This document shows, in pieces, positions 9,127 to 17,488 of a stretch of 32,000 nt of DNA; position 1 is the stretch's first letter; each line of letters opens with the position of its first letter. Below the pieces are notes generated by a model, which worked only from the letters and a program-made list of their open reading frames with translations, searched no databases and was not told the origin of the DNA. The position numbers and the translations under genes are program-made. Origin of the DNA: Acaryochloris thomasi RCC1774 (GTDB lineage: Bacteria > Cyanobacteriota > Cyanobacteriia > Thermosynechococcales > Thermosynechococcaceae); the NCBI RefSeq assembly GCF_003231495.1, contig NZ_PQWO01000003.1, positions 390,001 to 422,000 on the forward strand. The letters run 5' to 3'.

Positions 9127-10410
9127 CTAAGCGGTCACGGGCACCAGATTTTGCAAGTGGGGGTAAAGCGGGAAGCGATCGCAAAGCTGCCCCACCCGAT
9201 CAATACAGGCCTGAGCCACCGACTCATCTTCAGGACTCAGGAGACGATCGGCAATGATATTGGCAATCTCAGTGAACTCCGTCACGCCCATGCCACGAGT
9301 CGTCATCGCCGGGGAGCCAAGTCGTAAACCACTGGTCACAAAAGGCGATTCAGGATCGAACGGCACCGTATTTTTATTGGTCGTAATTCTCACCTGACCC
9401 ATGAGCAAATCAGCCTGCTTGCCGGTCATCCCAATGGACCGCAGATCCACCAGCATCACGTGGTTATCCGTGCCATCAGAGACAATCTTGAAGCCTCTCT
9501 CTTGGAGCTGCTTCGCTAGCGCTTGAGCGTTTTCAATCACGTGACCCGCGTAAGTTTTAAACTCAGGCTGCAGCGCCTCACCAAAGGCCACCGCCTTCGC
9601 CGCAATCACGTGTTCTAACGGACCGCCCTGCGTCCCTGGAAATACCGCCTTATCAAACTTTTTCCCAAGGTCAGGGTCGCGGGTCAAAATCAGGCCACCT
9701 CGAGGTCCCCGCAAAGTTTTGTGGGTCGTAGTGGTGACCACATCACAAATAGGAACAGGATTAGGATGATGTCCCGAGGCCACTAAGCCAGCAATATGAG
9801 CCATATCGGCCAGCAGGTAGGCTCCGACCTCATCAGCAATGGCGCGGAACTGTTCAAAATCAATAATGCGGGAATAGGCTGAATAGCCACAGATAATCAT
9901 CTTGGGCCGATGCTCAAGGGCCACCTGACGAATCAGATCAAAATTGAGCTGCTCGGTTTCTGGATCGACGCCATATTGCACAACATTGAACCACTTCCCT
10001 GAAACGTTGACGGGGGAACCGTGGGTCAAGTGGCCACCGTGGGACAGATCCATACCCATGATCGTGTCACCAGGCTTCAGCAGCGCAAGGAAGACCGCAA
10101 AGTTGGCCTGTGCGCCGGAGTGGGGCTGAACGTTGGCGTGGGCAGCACCGAAGAGTTCTTTAACGCGATCAATGGCGAGCTGCTCCACCGTATCAATGTG
10201 CTCACAGCCGCCGTAGTAGCGTTTTCCGGGCAGACCTTCGGCGTATTTATTGGTGAGGACCGTGCCTTGAGCTGCGAGAACGGCTGCTGAAGTGAAGTTT
10301 TCGCTAGCGATCAGCTCTAGGTGATCGCGCTGGCGCTGCAGTTCTTGCTGCAGAATACCGGCAACGGTCGGATCAGTCGTTGACAGAATATCTAGGCTGG
10401 TTTGTGTCAC
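9127..10410 (-). CDS. glyA: Serine hydroxymethyltransferase
   Basis: The PLP-lysine motif [16 protein letters not shown] is present, and conservation runs the full length ([19 protein letters not shown]). The track ORF starts at 10452. An in-frame GTG at 10408-10410 (VTQTSLDIL...) gives 427 aa, the usual SHMT length, so the first 14 codons are probably not translated. Confidence 0.95.
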   Translation of the reverse strand: MTQTSLDILSTTDPTVAGILQQELQRQRDHLELIASENFTSAAVLAAQGTVLTNKYAEGLPGKRYYGGCEHIDTVEQLAIDRVKELFGAAHANVQPHSGAQANFAVFLALLKPGDTIMGMDLSHGGHLTHGSPVNVSGKWFNVVQYGVDPETEQLNFDLIRQVALEHRPKMIICGYSAYSRIIDFEQFRAIADEVGAYLLADMAHIAGLVASGHHPNPVPICDVVTTTTHKTLRGPRGGLILTRDPDLGKKFDKAVFPGTQGGPLEHVIAAKAVAFGEALQPEFKTYAGHVIENAQALAKQLQERGFKIVSDGTDNHVMLVDLRSIGMTGKQADLLMGQVRITTNKNTVPFDPESPFVTSGLRLGSPAMTTRGMGVTEFTEIANIIADRLLSPEDESVAQACIDRVGQLCDRFPLYPHLQNLVPVTA

Positions 10411-10669
10411 AGGGCACCCCTTTTTCCAACTGGATAGCGTAAAAATAATCAAAAAGACAGCCAGGAATCTTGAGAAGAAACGGCCTGTTCGCCTCAGGCT
10501 AACATCTTACCTTGATCGGCTCGGTCATAAATTCAACAAAAAAGAGAAATGCTCAGCAGGATTCTCCTGAGAGCAACAGGCATATATTAAGTTCAACACA
10601 CAGATCCCCTAATCTCTCTAAGTCTTGGCTAGAATAGGGTCTAGGGTCTTAAACTCGTCCCGGAGGTGT

Positions 10670-10873
10670 ATGGTGCTGGTAATTGTCACAGAGGATCAAC
10701 TGCTGCAGCCTCAGCTCATCTGTCAAAGCTGTGTGTTAGCAGATCGCAGCGGACGCCCGCGCTGGCATCAGGGTAAGTTAGATTGCGGCAGACCGGTGCC
10801 GTCTCCTCCTGAAGATCAGCCAGATCAATATCGCTGTCAGATGGGTTTTCGAGTCACGAACATTCAAGAATGA
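10670..10873 (+). CDS. Small (67 aa) Cys-containing hypothetical protein
   Basis: ATG at 10670 is preceded by GGAGG at 10662-10666, a strong Shine-Dalgarno at ideal spacing. The product is MVLVIVTEDQLLQPQLICQSCVLADRSGRPRWHQGKLDCGRPVPSPPEDQPDQYRCQMGFRVTNIQE, with CxxC plus two more Cys. I recognise no family. Confidence 0.45.
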   Translation: MVLVIVTEDQLLQPQLICQSCVLADRSGRPRWHQGKLDCGRPVPSPPEDQPDQYRCQMGFRVTNIQE

Positions 10874-10947
10874 GCGTTAGCATAGATATTAGGATGAGTG
10901 GGCTGTAGCTCACTCCTACGTGAAGAAGACTTGGTGGAGAGCTATTT

Positions 10948-11427
10948 ATGACCTGGCGTGGAACAACAACCGTAAGCGATCGCATCTTTGCAAGCTTGCC
11001 TTACCTCATTACACTCATGTACGGCATTGAATTTGGTCGTTCAGTGTTGGAGGTCGTTCCGGCACTAGGACAGGTCTTGTATCCCTTGATTGCACCACTT
11101 GCAATCATTTATGCCATTCCCTTTGCTAGCATCATTATCTTTTTTGCTCTGTTCCTATTGGTGGTCAGAAATGAGAAGATTAGCCACTTCATTCGCTTTA
11201 ACACCATGCAGGCACTCTTGATCAGTATTGCGCTGTTCCTATGCCAATTGGTAATTGGGATTTTGAGCAACCTCGGCGGGAGCGTTGCTTCGATTATTTT
11301 AGTGCTGAACAACGCAATCTTTCTGGGCGTGTTAGCGGCCTTTTTCTATTCGGTGGTCCAGTCTTTTCGAGGGCAGTATGCCGAGATCCCGACCATTTCT
11401 GAAGCGGTCTATATGCAGGTGCGTTAA
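10948..11427 (+). CDS. Tic20-like / Ycf60-like small membrane protein
   Basis: 159 aa with four hydrophobic helices. The stretch LFLLVVRNEKISHFIRFNTMQALLISIALF resembles the conserved RFN-x-MQA core of the Tic20 family as I recall it. Confidence 0.6.
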   Translation: MTWRGTTTVSDRIFASLPYLITLMYGIEFGRSVLEVVPALGQVLYPLIAPLAIIYAIPFASIIIFFALFLLVVRNEKISHFIRFNTMQALLISIALFLCQLVIGILSNLGGSVASIILVLNNAIFLGVLAAFFYSVVQSFRGQYAEIPTISEAVYMQVR

Positions 11428-11642
11428 GTTCTAGTGCTTTCATGCTGCTGTAATTGCGACAGAAGCCTTACGTTTGCAAGAACAAGCCAAAATTTTAATG
11501 GAATTCTCCTTCAAACTGGTCTAGGATTATAGATCCTTGCTTTTGGTGTTTAGGTACCCAGCACTACCTCCTTAAAATAGGAGTCCCGGCTGCTGTACTG
11601 AGTCGTCAAAGGCCACTATGCTCATAAGGACAAAATTCAACA

Positions 11643-11960
11643 ATGGTTTCCTACGAAACGATGTATATCCTCAGACCTGACGTCAATGAGGAGAAGTTAG
11701 ACCAGGCAATTAACAAGTATCAAGATATTTTGCGCGAGAATGGCGTTGAGAATCTAGATACTCAGCACCGAGGTAAGCGCCGCTTAGCCTATGAGATTCA
11801 GCGCTTTCGGGAAGGGATTTATATCCAGATGAATTACGATGCACCCGGAGCTGCGATCGCAAAGATGGAGCGTGCCATGCGCATCAGTGAAGATGTGATT
11901 CGATATCTAACCCTGAAGCAAAGTCCGCCTCAGCCCCAAGATGCAGAAAACGACGATTAA
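11643..11960 (+). CDS. rpsF: 30S ribosomal protein S6
   Basis: [27 protein letters not shown] ... [24 protein letters not shown] is the canonical bS6 sequence pattern, followed by an acidic C-terminal tail. Confidence 0.95.
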   Translation: MVSYETMYILRPDVNEEKLDQAINKYQDILRENGVENLDTQHRGKRRLAYEIQRFREGIYIQMNYDAPGAAIAKMERAMRISEDVIRYLTLKQSPPQPQDAENDD

Positions 11961-12109
11961 CTAATCTTGAGCAACTGCACATAAGCGTAAAATAGACCGA
12001 AGAGGGGTCAGCATTTATCGTGTCGGCTCCTTTTTGGTATGCAATGCCATAGGACTGCTGCCGTAGAGTATAAGAAGTTTATGCAGGAGCCAGCCGCTGG
12101 AGTTTTCAA

Positions 12110-12637
12110 ATGATGAATCAACCACAGCAGGACCCTACCGCTTTAGAAAAAGAGCTTAAGCACCTGCGGCAGCAGCTCTCTGCCCGAGATCAGCTAGTGG
12201 ATCAGCTTTCCTCTGAGTTATTTCGCCTCATTCAAGCCCACCCACCTCTGCTGGCCCCTGCAGCAGAGGTAACAACAGGACCACTCTCCCAGGTTGACCG
12301 GCTGCGCCAAGAGCTACAGGCTGTCGAAGAACAAATTGAATTCTACCAACAGCAGATCGACGATCGAGATGCTGAGATCAACCGCTTGCAAAACTCTTGT
12401 CAGTCCCTTAGTGAACGGAACCAAATGTTAGAGCGACTGATTCAAGAACTGCCCGAAGTCTATAAGCATCAGTTCTCAGACCGCCTCGATCAAGTGAAGA
12501 ACAAAATGCAGTCACTCCAGACCGAGAATCAGCGCCTTTACTCACAAATCCAGCAAGAATCGACCGAAGAACAACCGGGAATTGCCCGACGCCTCCTGCC
12601 CTCTTTTGGTGGCCCCAAAAATTCCTCTACTTCATGA
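12110..12637 (+). CDS. Coiled-coil protein, unknown function
   Basis: 175 aa. It is Q/E/L/R-rich with a heptad-like pattern (LEKELKHLRQQLSARDQLVDQLSSELFRL; LRQELQAVEEQIEFYQQQIDDRDAEINRLQNSCQSLSERNQMLERLIQEL; MQSLQTENQRLYSQIQQ). There are no enzymatic motifs. Confidence 0.6.
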   Translation: MMNQPQQDPTALEKELKHLRQQLSARDQLVDQLSSELFRLIQAHPPLLAPAAEVTTGPLSQVDRLRQELQAVEEQIEFYQQQIDDRDAEINRLQNSCQSLSERNQMLERLIQELPEVYKHQFSDRLDQVKNKMQSLQTENQRLYSQIQQESTEEQPGIARRLLPSFGGPKNSSTS

Positions 12638-12787
12638 ATATCACTGAGAGCTATTAAAAATAGCAACTGGACAAGAAGCCATACCCCAAACTGCTAGAAT
12701 CATCTGAAACTTTGGTGTTGCCTTTTGGCAATTTCCTGTTCTGACCTAGAGCCTGTTTGCAGAGTTATTTTCATCACTGGCAAAACA

Positions 12788-13732
12788 ATGAGAATTTTAG
12801 TCACGGGCGGGGCGGGTTTTATTGGGTCACACCTAATCGACCGCCTCATGGCGGCAAATCACGATGTCGTCTGTCTCGATAATTTTTACACGGGTCGTAA
12901 ACAAAACTTACTCAAGTGGATCAATCATCCTTTTTTTGAGCTGATTCGACATGACATTACAGAACCCATTCGTCTCGAAGTTGATCAGATATATCACCTA
13001 GCTTGTCCGGCTTCGCCCGTTCACTATCAGTCCAACCCCGTCAAAACCGTCAAAACGAACGTGATGGGCACGCTCTACATGCTGGGCTTAGCCAAGCGGG
13101 TCAAGGCCCGCTTTCTTTTGGCCTCGACCTCAGAGGTCTATGGCGATCCTGCGGTACATCCCCAACCCGAAACCTACTGGGGTAACGTTAACCCCATTGG
13201 TATTCGCAGCTGCTATGACGAAGGTAAACGGGTGGCTGAGACTCTCACATTTGATTATCACCGTCAAAATCAAGTCGATGTTCGCGTAGCTCGAATTTTC
13301 AACACCTATGGCCCCCGAATGCTGTTCCAAGATGGCCGAGTCGTCAGCAATTTCGTGGCTCAGGCTCTGCAGGGCGAGGCGCTCACGGTTTATGGGTCGG
13401 GGGAACAGACCCGCAGCTTCTGCTACGTTTCTGATTTGGTTGAAGGGCTGATCCGGCTCATGAATAGTGACCAAACAGGACCCATCAACCTAGGGAACCC
13501 CGACGAATATACGATCCTTCAGCTTGCCAAACAAATCCAAAATCTTATTAATCCCGAAGCATCTATTAAATTTGAACCGCTGCCAATGGATGATCCCCAA
13601 CGTCGCCGCCCAGACATTTCCCAGGCTCAGAAGCACCTAGGCTGGCAGCCGATGGTGCCACTTTCTGAAGGCCTTCAGCAAACCGTCGAGGATTTCTCCA
13701 ATCGTCTATCGGATAGGGTAAGTCCAGCCTAG
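12788..13732 (+). CDS. uxs: UDP-glucuronate decarboxylase (UDP-xylose synthase), SDR family
   Basis: From ATG 12788: [21 protein letters not shown] ... [10 protein letters not shown] ... [13 protein letters not shown] ... [11 protein letters not shown] ... [12 protein letters not shown] ... [11 protein letters not shown] ... DGRVVSNF ... [24 protein letters not shown]. This is near-collinear with UXS enzymes as I recall them, including eukaryotic UXS1. The 21 upstream codons in the track ORF are unlikely to be translated. Confidence 0.92.
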   Translation: MRILVTGGAGFIGSHLIDRLMAANHDVVCLDNFYTGRKQNLLKWINHPFFELIRHDITEPIRLEVDQIYHLACPASPVHYQSNPVKTVKTNVMGTLYMLGLAKRVKARFLLASTSEVYGDPAVHPQPETYWGNVNPIGIRSCYDEGKRVAETLTFDYHRQNQVDVRVARIFNTYGPRMLFQDGRVVSNFVAQALQGEALTVYGSGEQTRSFCYVSDLVEGLIRLMNSDQTGPINLGNPDEYTILQLAKQIQNLINPEASIKFEPLPMDDPQRRRPDISQAQKHLGWQPMVPLSEGLQQTVEDFSNRLSDRVSPA

Positions 13733-13817
13733 ATTGCAATCTAGGTTACTGCTGAATGGACATTTCTATTGTTCTGTTGTCTGTAACATTATCTTTAATC
13801 TAGTGGAGTGTAAGTGC

Positions 13818-15167
13818 ATGAAGGTCTGCGTAATTGGAACTGGCTACGTCGGTCTAGTAACCGGTGCTTGTCTTGCCCATGTCGGTCATCACGTCATTTG
13901 CGTTGACAACAATGCAGAGAAAGTCAAACTCATGCAGTCAGGGCAGTCTCCCATCTATGAGCCTGGGCTGTCTGAGGTTTTGCAGTCCGCTATCGCAGCA
14001 GGCACAATTGAATTTACGACGGACTTAGCTGCAGGGGTGCATCACGGTGAGGTGCTCTTTATTGCGGTCGGTACGCCACCATTACCCAGTGGCGAAAGTG
14101 ATACACAGTATGTTGAGGCGGTGGCGCGAGGCATTGGCCAAAACCTCAACGGTGGCTATAAGGTCATTGTCAACAAATCAACGGTTCCCATTGGTTCTGG
14201 GGATTGGGTGCGCATGGTCATTGTTGATGGCTTGACAGAGAGTCAAACTGCGGCGAAAGATGCCAAATTTGATGTGGTCAGCAATCCTGAGTTTTTACGA
14301 GAAGGCTCGGCCATCTACGACACCTTCAATCCAGATCGAATTGTGCTGGGTAGCAATGTTCCTGAGGCAATTGCGATCATGAAAGAGCTCTATGCCCCCA
14401 TTGTCAATCATGAGGCCAGTGAAGATAAAACTTTGCCGCCGGTGCCGGTTCTGGTGACGGAGCTGAATTCCGCTGAGATGGTGAAGTATGCGGCCAATGC
14501 TTTTTTGGCGACCAAAATTAGCTTCATCAATGAAGTCGCTAATATTTGCGATCGCGTCGGGGCTGACGTCCTCCAAGTCGCCCAGGGGATTGGTTTAGAC
14601 TCTAGAATCGGCAACAAATTTCTGCAGGCAGGCTTAGGCTGGGGCGGCTCCTGCTTTCCTAAAGATGTGGCAGCCCTTGTCCATACCGCCGACGACTACG
14701 GCTATGAAGCAGTACTTTTAAAGGCAACCGTACAGACGAATCAGCATCAGCGGTTACTAGTGGTTGAAAAGCTGCAGCAGACCCTTAAGATTTTAAAGGG
14801 CAAAACCATTGGGCTGCTGGGACTGACCTTTAAGCCCGATACTGATGATATGCGTGATGCCCCCGCCCTTACCCTCACCGAAGCCCTCACCCGTCTTGGC
14901 GCCAAAGTCAAAGCCTATGATCCACTGATTTCTCAGTCAGAAATCCGTCACACTTTATCCAATATTACAGTTGAGGCAGATATCGAGAAACTAGCTGCTG
15001 GCTGCGATGCTCTCGTTCTCGTGACCGATTGGCAACAATTCCAGTCACTCGACTACAACCGATTGGCCTCATTGATGAACAATCCGATCCTCATTGATGG
15101 CCGCAACTTCCTCAATAAAGCAGCCCTCAAAAAAGCAGGTTTCAGCTACGTCGGCATTGGCCACTGA
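13818..15167 (+). CDS. ugd: UDP-glucose 6-dehydrogenase
   Basis: From ATG 13818: MKVCVIGTGYVGLVTGACLA (NAD-binding fold), NPEFLREGSAI, and the catalytic Cys motif GWGGSCFPKD. The C-terminal UDP-binding domain reads GLTFKPDTDDMRDAP. Confidence 0.93.
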   Translation: MKVCVIGTGYVGLVTGACLAHVGHHVICVDNNAEKVKLMQSGQSPIYEPGLSEVLQSAIAAGTIEFTTDLAAGVHHGEVLFIAVGTPPLPSGESDTQYVEAVARGIGQNLNGGYKVIVNKSTVPIGSGDWVRMVIVDGLTESQTAAKDAKFDVVSNPEFLREGSAIYDTFNPDRIVLGSNVPEAIAIMKELYAPIVNHEASEDKTLPPVPVLVTELNSAEMVKYAANAFLATKISFINEVANICDRVGADVLQVAQGIGLDSRIGNKFLQAGLGWGGSCFPKDVAALVHTADDYGYEAVLLKATVQTNQHQRLLVVEKLQQTLKILKGKTIGLLGLTFKPDTDDMRDAPALTLTEALTRLGAKVKAYDPLISQSEIRHTLSNITVEADIEKLAAGCDALVLVTDWQQFQSLDYNRLASLMNNPILIDGRNFLNKAALKKAGFSYVGIGH

Positions 15168-15184
15168 CGATATCGTCGCCCGTC

Positions 15185-17488
15185 TTACCGTTTGCCAATG
15201 GCCACTAGCGTGTCGAGCTTCCAGAGAGGAACTCCTGAGCGCTGGGCCGCTTCAGACCGACTGTATCCCTGACGCAACAATCGAATTGCATCTTGGGTTT
15301 TTCGCCAAGTCGCACCGTTAATAGCAATCTTGCCATCATTGCGGGCCAACACTAGCCCCCGAATGATGGCGTTTGCCTCTGATAGCAACTCACTCGAAGG
15401 ACGAGGCGGGGGAGCTGTCGCCACCGGCCTCTGACGGACCGGCGCAGGTTTGAACACGGGTTGGGCAGCAGGCGCAGGAGGACTTACTTTCGGTGAAGCT
15501 GGGCGACTCAAAGGCGAAGCAGGCGCTGGCTGCGGTGGACGAACTGCCACCGATTGAGGGGGGGGTTTAGGTGAAGCAGGCAAACTTTTAGCTGTTGACG
15601 GCTGATTTCGGAACTCAATGGCGACGGCCTGCTTGATTTGCTGACCACTCGCATCGACTGCCTGCAGAAAGAGCGTCCCCTTCTGAAAAAGCGGATTGAG
15701 CTGAACGGTGGTTTTTCCCACCGTGGGCACCGCACCAGGCGCTGGGAAAATAGCGGCCCTGACCTCATTACCGCCCTCTAGTTTCCAATCAAGATCCAGC
15801 TTGGCCTGAGGACCTAGCTTCGCCACATCATAAATGTACTTGTCCGTCACATCCTGACCATTAATACGGAAGCTCGCAATGCGCAGAGGCTGTGGATTCA
15901 CCTTAATGGGGCCAGTAGCCTTCGGTGCCGTTGCTTTAGCCAGCCGCCCTTTAGGAAATGCCGTCAGCTTAAAAACATAATCGCCAGGTTGTTGGGTCTG
16001 GGTTGGCACTTGCTTGCAAATCAACATCTCCCCAAAGGAGCAGTGCTTTGCCAACGCTGGGGGTAGCTCACCAGACTGCAGATCATAGGTTCGCAATTGA
16101 CCGTTCGAGCTTCTCAACTGAAGTTCTTTGATCCGCTGGGCGTTAGTAATCTCCCAATTGAGAAGGACACCGGCCTTGCTGTTCTCTGTTTTGCCCTGAT
16201 TCGACGCCTGGGCAACTAAAACGCCCGTACTTTTTTGGTCAGAAGTGTATACGGTGTTGGGTGAGAAGAAAGCCACAACTTTAGGAACAGGGTTCGACTG
16301 GATGGCGACAGCTTCAGTCAGTTTTGAATCAGCAGGCTGAGTCACGGACCGCCGCCCAAAGCTCTGAAGTTGAAACCGGTGGAGTTGAGTATTGGGAATC
16401 GGCGCTAGAACATTTTTGCAGGTTAGCGTTTTTGGTTTGGATTCAGCGCTGAGTTGACAGAACCCACGCGCTGCATTTTTTTGACGCAATTTCTCAGGGA
16501 TACCTTGGCTAAAATCAAGGGTTTGCAGCGTCTGCTGGCCAGTGCTATCTTGCCGCATCAGAACAAGCTTCTGGAGTTGCTTGGGGTTCTTAATTGTCCA
16601 GTTAAGGCGAACAGCCTCTTCCTGCGTTGCTTCAGAAGTAGCAATAACCTGCAGAGAGGCAATCTTGGGGACTTCTGACTGTCGCCCCCAAAATATCCCG
16701 ATCAACGCAGCGGCAGCTGTAGCACCCAAAACCAGCGGCAATAGGAGCCGCGGCAGACTTCCCTGAAGTTGCCATGTCAGAGAGCCCTGGGGCAGCTTAC
16801 TCGGCAGCGGCAACCCATCATGATCTTCTAAACCCAGCTCAAATTTTTCGCGGCGAGGACGTCCCCACTGAAAACGGGCCGGCTTTTTAGGCCGTACTTC
16901 CAAAGCTACATAGATTTCAGTCTCGGGTGCCAGATTAATTACGAATGGCTCTAGCGCATAAACTGCAAGACTTTTGCGATTAAGGCTTCGAACCTGAGCA
17001 GTGAGCTGTCGGTGGACAGAACCATTATTTTTTAGAAGAATCTGATAGTGCCCAACCTCTCCTCTAATGGCTTGGGACTTCGGTTCGAGCATCACCAGCA
17101 AATCATGGGCAGGCTCCACGTATAAATACACCGTTTGCTGCACGTCCATAGCATCAGAAAGGTGATCTGAGTGAAGAGCAAGCGTTAATTGCTGCCGTTG
17201 GGTCGGAGCCCCCTGGGGGGGGTGAATCTGAACCTGAACTCGGCCGACCTGCCCCGGCTCTAGTTCCAAACTGTTGAACTTCACGACCAAACCCGTCCAA
17301 ACCTGAACATCTGGATAATGAATGGTGTAACAATTCTCAGGGAGTTGGCTACCGACGAGATGAAGACGCCTAACTTCGCTTGATTGATTCTCGATCGAGA
17401 GTTCAATCGTCAGCGTCTCGCCAATGGACAGGATGTGGGGATGCTCTGGGGTCGTAATGGGTGTGACGTCACACCTGAAATGACTCAT
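15185..17488 (-). CDS. Large single-pass membrane protein of unknown function (N-terminal beta-sandwich-like modules, TM helix, three Ig-like repeats, Pro-rich spacer, C-terminal HTH-like module)
   Basis: 767-aa uninterrupted ORF. There is one hydrophobic helix at about residues 246-267 (LPRLLLPLVLGATAAAALIGIFWG; nt ~16688-16753). Internal repeats share the LNW(T/E)I-N signature. The Pro/Ala/Ser-rich spacer covers residues ~629-697 and the terminal 70 aa contain GYSRSEAAQRSGVPLWKLDTLV. See findings. Confidence 0.75.
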   Translation of the reverse strand: MSHFRCDVTPITTPEHPHILSIGETLTIELSIENQSSEVRRLHLVGSQLPENCYTIHYPDVQVWTGLVVKFNSLELEPGQVGRVQVQIHPPQGAPTQRQQLTLALHSDHLSDAMDVQQTVYLYVEPAHDLLVMLEPKSQAIRGEVGHYQILLKNNGSVHRQLTAQVRSLNRKSLAVYALEPFVINLAPETEIYVALEVRPKKPARFQWGRPRREKFELGLEDHDGLPLPSKLPQGSLTWQLQGSLPRLLLPLVLGATAAAALIGIFWGRQSEVPKIASLQVIATSEATQEEAVRLNWTIKNPKQLQKLVLMRQDSTGQQTLQTLDFSQGIPEKLRQKNAARGFCQLSAESKPKTLTCKNVLAPIPNTQLHRFQLQSFGRRSVTQPADSKLTEAVAIQSNPVPKVVAFFSPNTVYTSDQKSTGVLVAQASNQGKTENSKAGVLLNWEITNAQRIKELQLRSSNGQLRTYDLQSGELPPALAKHCSFGEMLICKQVPTQTQQPGDYVFKLTAFPKGRLAKATAPKATGPIKVNPQPLRIASFRINGQDVTDKYIYDVAKLGPQAKLDLDWKLEGGNEVRAAIFPAPGAVPTVGKTTVQLNPLFQKGTLFLQAVDASGQQIKQAVAIEFRNQPSTAKSLPASPKPPPQSVAVRPPQPAPASPLSRPASPKVSPPAPAAQPVFKPAPVRQRPVATAPPPRPSSELLSEANAIIRGLVLARNDGKIAINGATWRKTQDAIRLLRQGYSRSEAAQRSGVPLWKLDTLVAIGKR

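Noticed and set aside
9127-10452. N-terminal 14-codon extension of glyA ([14 protein letters not shown]) in the ORF track
   Set aside because: The extension is unlike SHMT N-termini. The in-frame GTG at 10408-10410 gives the usual length, so I treat this as a start-codon annotation issue and not as a novel extension.
10900-10913. GGGCTGTAGCTCAC, which resembles the 5' acceptor/D-arm start of a tRNA
   Set aside because: No matching T-arm (GGTTCGAATCC-type) or acceptor 3' strand follows within 90 nt, so no cloverleaf can be drawn.
12692-12700. TGCTAGAAT extended -10-like motif ~90 nt upstream of uxs
   Set aside because: It matches TGnTAnnnT, but there is no supporting -35 element or TSS evidence. 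Such 9-mers occur by chance, so I did not report it as a feature.
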